Positions 39,069 through 46,918 of a DNA stretch of 64,000 bases are shown piece by piece (the first letter of the stretch is position 1; each line of letters begins with the position of its first letter). The DNA lies in the NCBI GenBank assembly GCA_964291235.2, contig OZ219816.1, positions 2,043,729-2,107,728 on the forward strand, in the 5' to 3' direction. Both the position numbers and the translations under genes were made by a program. Source of the DNA: Vicinamibacteria bacterium (lineage in GTDB: Bacteria; Acidobacteriota; Vicinamibacteria; Marinacidobacterales; Marinacidobacteraceae). Below the pieces are notes generated by a model. That model saw only the letters and a list, made by a program, of their open reading frames with translations. It was not told the DNA's origin and did no database searches.

Positions 39069-41995
39069 GAGGCCACTTCCGCGAACATCAGGCGCTTGAA
39101 TTCCGGGTCCAGCGACCGCGCTCTCTCAATCACGCTATCACCGTTCACATACACAACCTCCGCACCTTCGGTCAGCCCTTCCCGCTTTACCCACTCCCAC
39201 TCGTAGTCAAAATCCCTAGTCGCCCAACCATCGATGTCTCGCCAGATCACGACTGTCTCCCCATCCGCAGCCTCTCCGGTGAGGACCAGATAGCGGTGCC
39301 TCTTCTCGCCGTCCTCCCGGTACAGTGCCCGGCGTGTGCGGACGCGCATCCCGATCAGAAGGCTAAACGTTTCCGGCAAATCTATCTTGCGCGGCTCGGT
39401 CCGTCCTTTGCTGCGAGTTGAGAGTGTGTAATCGAACGGGCGAGACAGTCTTTTTACGTTGAGTAAGGCGTTGCTGTCGCGTGCTTCCGCGCCCAGCACG
39501 TAACGTAGCGCATAATCATCAAACGGGAGTCTACGTACTTCCTTGTTGAACTCTATGTTGTTGAGCGAATCCTCATATGACTCTAAACGAACATACTTGA
39601 CCACCCCGCCACCGTCATACTCCACAGTCCGACTGATACCGACCTTCCTTCCACGTAGTACTTGACGCATCCTCCACAACATGTCGGTATCGAAATAGTC
39701 GCCCTGCTCCACGGAAATACATCTTCTCCCGAGTTTCAAAGCGACTGCCGCAGTGGTCCCGCTACCACCAAAAAAATCAAGCACCAGATCATTCTGTTTC
39801 GACGATACCTCAAGCATACGACGAACAAGTTGCTCTGGTTTCTGGGTGATCTCTGCCCCATTCGGTGTGTACTCCGCGGCATTCCTCTTAATCTTGTTGG
39901 AGTGAAGCGACTCATAGTCACTGCAGTTCCACGTATCCTCCATGTTGTAAGGAGTCGTCTTCTCGTTAAGTCCTAACCTATAGTTCCGGCCATCCACTCC
40001 CACCGCCGTGACCTTCAGCGCATTAGCGGTATTTTTGGGCAGTTTCCACGCATCCGCGATAGCACGAAGCTCTGAGTCAATACTAGCCTTTGTAAAGGTT
40101 AAGCACGGAATCTTTGCATCTCTCTTCGAGAACATCGGTTGTGGCGACTTTCCGTAGAGGAGGATGGTTTCGTGGTTCCTTACGTACCTGTCCGCCGCGG
40201 TCTTGTAACCCGATACCCAACCAATCCGCCACACAATCTCATTCAGGAGCGTGGCCTCTCCGAAGAGGTGGTCCAGGATCATGCGTCCGTAGTGAACCGA
40301 GTTGTGATCGAGATGGAGATAGAACGATCCGTCAGGCGTCAAGAGCTGCCTACCGAGAGCGACGCGGTCACGTAGCATCGTGGACCAAGTCGACGTCCTG
40401 TACTTGTCCTTGAACAGAAACTGGGACGTCTCCGTGTTGAACGGAGGATCGATGTAGGTGCACTGTATTCGCTCGGAGAAACTAGCGCGCAGGAGGTTGA
40501 GCGCCTGCCAACTGTCTCCATGGATAAGAAGGACATCAGTATCCTCGGCCAAACCACCGGAGCCGAGACCACCGCGGAGCAACTGGTCAGTAAACGTCGA
40601 TGGAAAATGTCTTGTGTCCAGTGGCAGAGTCGCATTATCGAGGAGGAACATCAGTCGACGCTCCACGCTCGGAATGTCGATTCCAAACACGGCCTCCCAC
40701 TCCCGCCACTGCTCTTCCCGAGAGGCGACTTGAGCATGAAGTGCGTGCGGCACGCGACTCAAAGAGACCAGGTACTGGGCTTCCACGACGAACTTCCGCT
40801 TTTCCCAGAGCATCTTCTGGAAGTCTTCGAACTGGGCCAAGAAGGCGATGATGCGTTCCCCAACTGTTCGGAGCAGGCGCATCATCTGGAACCAGCCCTC
40901 GGCGCGCTCCTCGCCTCCGGCTTGGAGCGTGCCGAGCAAGACCACCTCATTCTTGACGTAGAAATCCAGCTCCCGCGTCAGGAAGCCCGAGAGGTCCCTG
41001 TGGATGAAGAAGTCGGAAGTGTTACGGCGCGTGTACTGCCGGAGGTGGTACGTAAGCAGAGTTTCGGTCTTGCCGTCAGAACCGACTGGGCGCACCTCAT
41101 CGAGCGCCACGAGGCATTCCGTATGAGCCGAAACAGCCTTCCGGATCGCGAGGGCAGTTTCCTTCAGGAGCGCCAACCGGGCGGTTTCGGCCCGTTTGCC
41201 GTGGCGCGCCTGTTCAGAGCCGGTAAGGGGGCGATACTCGAACGGGACCACAAGCTGCTGCTCTGCCTCATCCCAGGCAATTTCCGAACCCCGAGCGACG
41301 AAGAAGCGGCGGTCGCCCTTCACGTTGTCGTGCTCGACATCGGCCTCCCGGAGTTCAAACCGAACGGTGATGTCGGTCGCGCTCTGAAACTGATAGTCGC
41401 GGAAGTGCTCGGCGCTCTTGACGTAGTACTGGTCCGCCGTCGCCCAGTGGAACAGAACTTCCTCGCCGTTGTAGGGAACCGCGTAGCGATGGTCCTTGGA
41501 ATAGCGGCGCTTTGAGATGAAGTCGCCGTCCTCGTAGTAGCGACTGAAGAAGTTGTAGAGGCGGTTGTAAGCCTCGGTCTCCATCGCTTGGGCGCTGCGC
41601 GCGCCGCTCGCTACTTCCCGCGCATCCACATACCTCCGGCCAAGGGGAGTGTTGCGGAAGGAAGACCGCAGATTGCCGTCGGCGTCCAGTGCCTCCGGGC
41701 CAAACGTGGTGCGGACCTGCTCGGCCAACTCCTCTAGGGCCGCCGCTGCCGCTGCTTGTTCGGCAACCTGTCCCCGACTGAGTTCTTCTTCGACCCGCTT
41801 TGGCAGATCCTCGTCGATGAACTGCCGAATCGCATCCCGCTTGTGATTGAGGATCCGGTAGATCCCGAAATCCAGATCGGCGCAGTCGAACTGGAACAGT
41901 TCGCGAAGGAGATCCTGAAACTTGGCGAGCGGGGTGTCGGTCACGGTTTGCGGAACGGATGGCTTTCGCTTGGGGCGACGGAAGCGCCGTGCCAC
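39065..41995 (-). CDS. mod: Type III RM DNA methyltransferase Mod subunit
   Basis: FQFDCADLDFGIYRI, YIDPPFN (motif IV), TQKPEQL, DFFGGSGTT (motif I), beta order; start may be GTG 41944. Confidence 0.92.
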   Translation of the reverse strand: MARRFRRPKRKPSVPQTVTDTPLAKFQDLLRELFQFDCADLDFGIYRILNHKRDAIRQFIDEDLPKRVEEELSRGQVAEQAAAAAALEELAEQVRTTFGPEALDADGNLRSSFRNTPLGRRYVDAREVASGARSAQAMETEAYNRLYNFFSRYYEDGDFISKRRYSKDHRYAVPYNGEEVLFHWATADQYYVKSAEHFRDYQFQSATDITVRFELREADVEHDNVKGDRRFFVARGSEIAWDEAEQQLVVPFEYRPLTGSEQARHGKRAETARLALLKETALAIRKAVSAHTECLVALDEVRPVGSDGKTETLLTYHLRQYTRRNTSDFFIHRDLSGFLTRELDFYVKNEVVLLGTLQAGGEERAEGWFQMMRLLRTVGERIIAFLAQFEDFQKMLWEKRKFVVEAQYLVSLSRVPHALHAQVASREEQWREWEAVFGIDIPSVERRLMFLLDNATLPLDTRHFPSTFTDQLLRGGLGSGGLAEDTDVLLIHGDSWQALNLLRASFSERIQCTYIDPPFNTETSQFLFKDKYRTSTWSTMLRDRVALGRQLLTPDGSFYLHLDHNSVHYGRMILDHLFGEATLLNEIVWRIGWVSGYKTAADRYVRNHETILLYGKSPQPMFSKRDAKIPCLTFTKASIDSELRAIADAWKLPKNTANALKVTAVGVDGRNYRLGLNEKTTPYNMEDTWNCSDYESLHSNKIKRNAAEYTPNGAEITQKPEQLVRRMLEVSSKQNDLVLDFFGGSGTTAAVALKLGRRCISVEQGDYFDTDMLWRMRQVLRGRKVGISRTVEYDGGGVVKYVRLESYEDSLNNIEFNKEVRRLPFDDYALRYVLGAEARDSNALLNVKRLSRPFDYTLSTRSKGRTEPRKIDLPETFSLLIGMRVRTRRALYREDGEKRHRYLVLTGEAADGETVVIWRDIDGWATRDFDYEWEWVKREGLTEGAEVVYVNGDSVIERARSLDPEFKRLMFAEVAS

Positions 41996-42193
41996 CTTCC
42001 GGCGACCGCCGAAGCACCGGCCCTCAGCGCGAGGCGGAGTCTATCGGTCGGTGGAGCGGGTCGGGTACAGCAGACACGCGAACAGCCCGCCCGTGCGGCC
42101 CGTCCAATGCGGGCGGGAGCAATCGTCATTTTGCCGAGCTCCGGTCAAACGCCGCGATCGTCGTGGCCCCGTCGCTTCCGGATTCCGATGGGT

Positions 42194-42313
42194 TCAGGTC
42201 TGCCCGTGTCCACCGCCGACCCTGAGGTAGTCCATCACCTCCGAGGAAAGCCAGAGGGTGGTCGCTACCTTGGATCCTGCGACCGGGGACGGCTCCGGCG
42301 GACCGCCGCCTCA
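42194..42313 (-). pseudogene. Degenerate BrnA-type antitoxin fragment
   Basis: Manual translation: RRSRPRSQDP, frameshift, KVATTLWLSSEVMDYLRVGGGHGQT-stop. Resembles the BrnA pattern RGRP...K...TLRLS.EV..YFRA.G.GWQTR. Confidence 0.55.
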
Positions 42314-42327
42314 GCGCATTTCTCGGG

Positions 42328-43602
42328 TCAGCCATGGCGCGCGAGATCCGGCGCGTCGTCATGGTCAAGCCGCCGCAGCGCAGCCTCGAGCCGGCCCAGC
42401 GCGTCCGTGAGCAGCGGCTTGGGGCACGCCAGGTTCATCCGCGCATACCCCCGCCCTTCCTCGCCGAAGATCGCGCCGTCCTCGAGGCGCAGCTTGGCCT
42501 TGTCGAGCAGAAACGCCTCGAGCCCGGAGGCGGGAATGCCAGTGCGCCGGAAGTCGAGCCACGCGAGATACGTCCCTTCGACGGGAACGGCGCCGACGTT
42601 CAGTTCGGGGCGCTCGGCGCAAAAGTCCCGGACTGTCCGGACGTTTTCGCTCACGTAGGCGAGCACCTCGTCGAGCCAGGGCCCGCCTTCCCGCCAAGCC
42701 GCTTCCGCGGCCGCCGCGCTGAGGGGATTGACGCCATAGATTCCGCTGCGGTCGCGCGCGTTCCGGTAGGTGTCGCGCATCTCCCGGTCCGGAATCACCA
42801 GGCAGGAACTCTTGAGGCCCGCCAGGTTGAACGTCTTGCTCGGCGCCGAACAGACGACGGACCGGAGCCCCGCCGGGTGCTCGAGGCTCAGCCAGGGAGT
42901 GAACCGGTGTCCATCGAGCATCAGGTCGCCGTGGATTTCGTCGGCAACGACGATGAGGTCATGGCGGGCCGCAATCCTCGCGAACTCGTTCAGCTCCTCC
43001 GGGGTCCAGACCCGGCCCACCGGATTCTGCGGACTGCAAAGAAACGTCATCCGCGTCCGGGGATCGGCCGCCAGGCGCTCGAACCCTTCCAGATCCAACC
43101 GGTACGGATTCCCGGAGGAGGCCTCCGGCTCGGACGCCCGGAGCAGAGGGCAGAGCTCCATGCGGGCGCCGGCGTTCCTCACCGCCCCGAAGAACGGGAA
43201 ATAGACCGGTGGATGGAGGATCACCCCCTGCCCCGGCTCCAGAAACGTGCGGACGAGAAGGCCCAGGTCGGGAACGATCCCCTCCGTCGGCACCACCCAG
43301 TCCGGATCCGGACGGAACCCGTGGCGCGCCCCCACCCAGTCGCAAAACGCGTCACGGTAGCCGGGGAGGCCCATGCTGTAGCCGAAGATCGGATGGTCCA
43401 GGCGCCGGCGGATCGCTTCCAGCACCACCTCCGGACAGGGGAAATCCATGTCGGCGACCCACATGGGGATCACCTCGGGATCCTCCGCGGGAACGAGCGA
43501 GGACCCGTGGCCGACGGCGCCCTCCTGGTATTCCCACTTGACGGAGCCGGTCCCCGCGCGCGGAATGAGCCGATCGAGGAACGAAGGCGCGGATCCGCTC
43601 AT
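42328..43602 (-). CDS. MalY/PatB family PLP-dependent cystathionine beta-lyase
   Basis: PMWVADMDF, CSPQNPVG, ADEIHGD, APSKTFNLAG, RMNLAC. Confidence 0.92.
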   Translation of the reverse strand: MSGSAPSFLDRLIPRAGTGSVKWEYQEGAVGHGSSLVPAEDPEVIPMWVADMDFPCPEVVLEAIRRRLDHPIFGYSMGLPGYRDAFCDWVGARHGFRPDPDWVVPTEGIVPDLGLLVRTFLEPGQGVILHPPVYFPFFGAVRNAGARMELCPLLRASEPEASSGNPYRLDLEGFERLAADPRTRMTFLCSPQNPVGRVWTPEELNEFARIAARHDLIVVADEIHGDLMLDGHRFTPWLSLEHPAGLRSVVCSAPSKTFNLAGLKSSCLVIPDREMRDTYRNARDRSGIYGVNPLSAAAAEAAWREGGPWLDEVLAYVSENVRTVRDFCAERPELNVGAVPVEGTYLAWLDFRRTGIPASGLEAFLLDKAKLRLEDGAIFGEEGRGYARMNLACPKPLLTDALGRLEAALRRLDHDDAPDLARHG

Positions 43603-44741
43603 CGGTAGTAGAGCCAGAGCGGCCCCGGGAAGAGCCACGACAGCCCGACCTGCAGGCGGTCGCGCCAGTTGTCCCAGTTGTGGCCGTCGGCGGCCTCGAC
43701 GTAGCGGACCTCCATCCCGCTCTCCCGCAGCAGCGGGACGAGGGAGCGGTTCTCGTAGATCAGCGGTTCATAGATCCCGCAACTGACGAACACCCGGCTG
43801 CTCACCCGGCGGGGGTCTTGCCGATAGGTGTTCACGAAGTCCACTACCGGATCCAGCAAGGCGGTCCGCGTGCTCGGGCCGACATCGGTGAACGTGAACG
43901 ATCCCGAAGACAACAGGAGCTTCCCGAAAAAGCCCGGATACCGCCAGGCAGCCGTCAGGGCGGCCACCGCGCCGAGTCCGGCGCCCACCAGCCCGCGGTC
44001 GTCGGGACGCAGCCTGATCGGGTACTCGTTCTGGAGGTGGGGGACGAGCTCTGAGGTCAGAAACTCCGCGTGAGCGGGATTGTCGGCGTATTCCCGGATG
44101 CGTTTGGAGGGAGGAACGAAGGCGGCGATCAGGGGTGGGATCTCCCGGCGGTGAATGAGGTTGTCCAGCACCGTCCGGCAGGCGGCGTGGCGCAGGTAGT
44201 CCTCGCCGTCGAGCACCACGAGCAGGGGATAGCGGCGCCGGTTCCGGAATCCGAACGGGGTGTAGACCGACACCTGTCGGTTACCGAAAGTCCGGCTGCG
44301 GACATGGGTGAGCGACAGCTCGCCCCGGCCGACCTGCGCGTCTTCCTCGGTCCAGTCGGGTCGTTCGTATCCCTCGCCGTGACAGACGGACCAGACGCCA
44401 AACGGATCGCGCACCGTGCGCGGGTTCAGCGGATCCACGATCCACTCCGCGTCCGGCCCGCTGACGCGCTGGAACCGGTATTCGACGCGCGATTCGGCAG
44501 GCAAATCCAGCGTGAGGAACCAAAGGTCCGAACCGGGAACCCGCTCCATCTCCCGCGCCGCGGCGGTGCCGAAGAGCCAGTGCCCCAGCAGAACGGAACT
44601 CGCCTCCCCCCGGAACACGAACGTGGTGTGCGGGCCCTCCCGGATGGGAAAGTCGTGCGCCTCGATGAAACGGTCCACGGCTTCGGCCGTAGGGCCGGAA
44701 AGAAGAAGCTCCTGGATCGCCAGGTCCGGAGAACCGCTCAC
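43599..44741 (-). CDS. Fes/enterochelin-esterase-like alpha/beta hydrolase with N-terminal Ig/CBM48-like domain; nucleophile Ser absent
   Basis: SRVEYRF, DPLNP, YPLLVVLDG, DGHNW; nucleophile elbow reads GAGLG. Confidence 0.8.
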   Translation of the reverse strand: MSGSPDLAIQELLLSGPTAEAVDRFIEAHDFPIREGPHTTFVFRGEASSVLLGHWLFGTAAAREMERVPGSDLWFLTLDLPAESRVEYRFQRVSGPDAEWIVDPLNPRTVRDPFGVWSVCHGEGYERPDWTEEDAQVGRGELSLTHVRSRTFGNRQVSVYTPFGFRNRRRYPLLVVLDGEDYLRHAACRTVLDNLIHRREIPPLIAAFVPPSKRIREYADNPAHAEFLTSELVPHLQNEYPIRLRPDDRGLVGAGLGAVAALTAAWRYPGFFGKLLLSSGSFTFTDVGPSTRTALLDPVVDFVNTYRQDPRRVSSRVFVSCGIYEPLIYENRSLVPLLRESGMEVRYVEAADGHNWDNWRDRLQVGLSWLFPGPLWLYYR

Positions 44742-45736
44742 TGCGACACTCCTGGCTCCGGGTCGGCGGCGGGGAACCCCGGGACCAGTTCCGGAACCGT
44801 CTCGACCTCCCCGCGGCTCGACACCATCCGGATTCCGGCCGGAGAACTCCAGGCGCCGCCGTTCCACTGGATCAACTCCCCAACATCCAGCAGCACCGCG
44901 CGGTCGGGCGCCATCCGGCGGGCAAGTTCTCGAAGCCGCTGCCGAGCCTCCAGATCCAGCCGGGTCCGGGCGTCCGGGAAGAGCGCCACGCCGGGGAGCA
45001 CCGAGAGTCCCTCCCCGAGGATTTCCGGCCGCGCGGAGCCGCCCGGCAGACGGTCGTGAAACAGGACGATCCGCCGGGTGAGCACCATCGCGCCGGCGGA
45101 CCAGGCGAGGATCGGGAGCCGGGCGAGCGCGTCAGTGAGCCCGAGGAGCAGCAGCCGGTTCCGGATCACCGCGACGTGGCCGCCGGTCAGCACCACGGCG
45201 GTGGCATCCGCCAGCAGGCGCTCCAACGCATCCTTCTCCTCCCGGACGACCGGCCGCTCGCCGAGGTTCACCGCGTCACGGAACTCTTGCCAGAGCGCGG
45301 CATGGTGCTCCACGTGGAACCGGTCGGCCGCCAGGATCTCGCGCCACGCCGCGTCGGCATAGGGGGCTCGGTACCGCTCCGAAACGGAAAGCTGCGCCAC
45401 CTCGTGAGCGGTTTCGAGGGCTCGCCGCAGCCGGGCGCCGTACAACCGCTCTTCGGCAAGGAGTCCCTCCTGAAGCGCCCGGTGGGATTCAGCGAGACTC
45501 GGGTCCTTCTCGAAGATGCGTCCGACGCGTTCTCCGATGTGAAGCGGCGCCGCGGTTCGGCCAAGATTCCCAAGTTCGTGCTCGACCTCCCGGAGCACCG
45601 GCTCCGTCTCGCGCCAACCGACCGTGATCGCCGCCACCGGGCCGGGCGGCGGATCCAGGGCCTCGAGTCCGGGGCCCAGACTGATCCGGCCGGGCTGGGG
45701 GCCGAGCACCACGGCGTTCGGGGCATTGGCGGACAT
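44738..45736 (-). CDS. Peptidase S51 / class I GATase-like protein
   Basis: LTGGHV, AWSAGAM; GTGA coupling with the downstream gene. Confidence 0.7.
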   Translation of the reverse strand: MSANAPNAVVLGPQPGRISLGPGLEALDPPPGPVAAITVGWRETEPVLREVEHELGNLGRTAAPLHIGERVGRIFEKDPSLAESHRALQEGLLAEERLYGARLRRALETAHEVAQLSVSERYRAPYADAAWREILAADRFHVEHHAALWQEFRDAVNLGERPVVREEKDALERLLADATAVVLTGGHVAVIRNRLLLLGLTDALARLPILAWSAGAMVLTRRIVLFHDRLPGGSARPEILGEGLSVLPGVALFPDARTRLDLEARQRLRELARRMAPDRAVLLDVGELIQWNGGAWSSPAGIRMVSSRGEVETVPELVPGFPAADPEPGVSQ

Positions 45737-45737
45737 G

Positions 45738-45980
45738 TTTAGCGGCCTGTGGACAAGGCAACGTGAGTGCCGAGAGCGACGAGGTCCAGTTCTCCCGGTG
45801 GGGGCCCGGCTGACCAGGCGTGCGAGGGAGGAATACCGAGCGTGTTTCGACCGAAGCGCCACGATGAGCGACGCGTAGCGCCAGTTCTCCCGGTGGGGGG
45901 GCATTGAAGCCGGGATGTGTCGTCGCTCGAGCCCCCACCGGGAGAACTGGGCCGCGTGACTTTGTTCACAGCTTGCTAAA
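45738..45980. mobile_element. Non-autonomous MITE-like element with imperfect terminal inverted repeats
   Basis: Left end TTTAGCGGCCTGTGGACAAGGCAACG; right end (reverse complement) TTTAGCAAGCTGTGAACAAAGTCACG; fills the whole intergenic space; no transposase. Confidence 0.65.
45786..45950. repeat. Three copies of CCAGTTCTCCCGGTGGGGG (two direct, one inverted)
   Basis: Direct copies at 45786-45804 and 45881-45899; inverted copy at 45932-45950. Confidence 0.9.
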
Positions 45981-46878
45981 AACGGATCACGAGGGCGGCC
46001 AGGACGTTCAGATCGGTTCGGCGTCGGGGCGCGTCCACCGTGCCGACCGGCGGCCCGCCCGGAGCCTCGAACAGGCTCAGCCGCTCCAGGGAGGGGCGGG
46101 AATCGAACAGGGTCCGGACACTCGCCTGCAACGCGAGCCGGCGCGAAAGAGGGAATCCGACCGAGCCGGTGATGTCGAGACGCAGGTCATCGGAGTTTCG
46201 AAGGTTCCAGGTTGTAGCAGAGGTCAGCGTGAGGTCCGCGGCACGGTAGCGGGTCTCGGCTCGCACGTCCATCCTCAGACCGAGCGACGCCGTCTCCACC
46301 CCGGGATCGGCGATGGCATCGCTCTGGTGAATCGCCGAAAGCCCCAGACTGGTTTCGAAGGGGCGCCGGCCTCCGTTGCGGGTCTTTCCCCAGGCCGTGC
46401 CGACCCCGAGGGTCAGGTCGAGCCGGGAGCGCACGCCCGCGGGGGCGTCCCGCTCCCACCCCGCGGCGGCGAAGAACCGGGGGCTCGTGTTGCCGTCGTC
46501 CGGGGACGGTTCGGCAAAACGCGCCCGAAGATGGGTCCGGTCCGCCGAGGTCTGGCCGACCACCGTCCGCCGTACCGAAAAGGCGTCAGCGCTGCCGATG
46601 GCCTCGCGCGTCACCGTGTCGGTGCCCGTCCTGAGGAGGCCGCCGTCGAGCGTTACGCGCAACCAGTGGGTCTGGCGCGCCGCCGTCGCACTCAGGCCGA
46701 GCGAACCCGATCCGGCGTTTCCGTACGAACCGGCGAGGTTCAGGTTCGCCTCGCCGGACCAGCCACCCTGTGTGGGGGGCGAAGCCCCTCCGCCCTGCGC
46801 GCGCGCCGGGAGAGGAGCGGCAAGGCAGCACAGGGACACCAGGACGGCGAGAATTGGGCGACCGTCCCGGTTTGGCAT
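45976..46878 (-). CDS. DUF481-like outer-membrane beta-barrel protein
   Basis: Signal peptide, WSGEANLNLAGSYGNA, amphipathic strands, C-terminal Phe (LVIRF). Confidence 0.72.
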   Translation of the reverse strand: MPNRDGRPILAVLVSLCCLAAPLPARAQGGGASPPTQGGWSGEANLNLAGSYGNAGSGSLGLSATAARQTHWLRVTLDGGLLRTGTDTVTREAIGSADAFSVRRTVVGQTSADRTHLRARFAEPSPDDGNTSPRFFAAAGWERDAPAGVRSRLDLTLGVGTAWGKTRNGGRRPFETSLGLSAIHQSDAIADPGVETASLGLRMDVRAETRYRAADLTLTSATTWNLRNSDDLRLDITGSVGFPLSRRLALQASVRTLFDSRPSLERLSLFEAPGGPPVGTVDAPRRRTDLNVLAALVIRF

Positions 46879-46918
46879 GAGCGCCGGGAGAATACCCACC
46901 AGAGAGCGGGAGCAGACT

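Noticed and set aside
39770-39776. A7 run in mod as a phase-variation tract
   Set aside because: Too short, and it encodes the conserved DFF of motif I; no simple-sequence repeat seen in mod
30794-42325. Prophage or integrative element
   Set aside because: No integrase, phage or conjugation genes, tRNA target or visible att repeats
45786-45950. 19-bp repeats as a CRISPR array
   Set aside because: Three copies only, one inverted, irregular spacing, no cas genes
45748-45970. DnaA-box-like 9-mers (TGTGGACAA at 45748, TTGTTCACA at 45962) as oriC
   Set aside because: Only two, both inside the element's terminal inverted repeats; no AT-rich unwinding element and no dnaA/dnaN context
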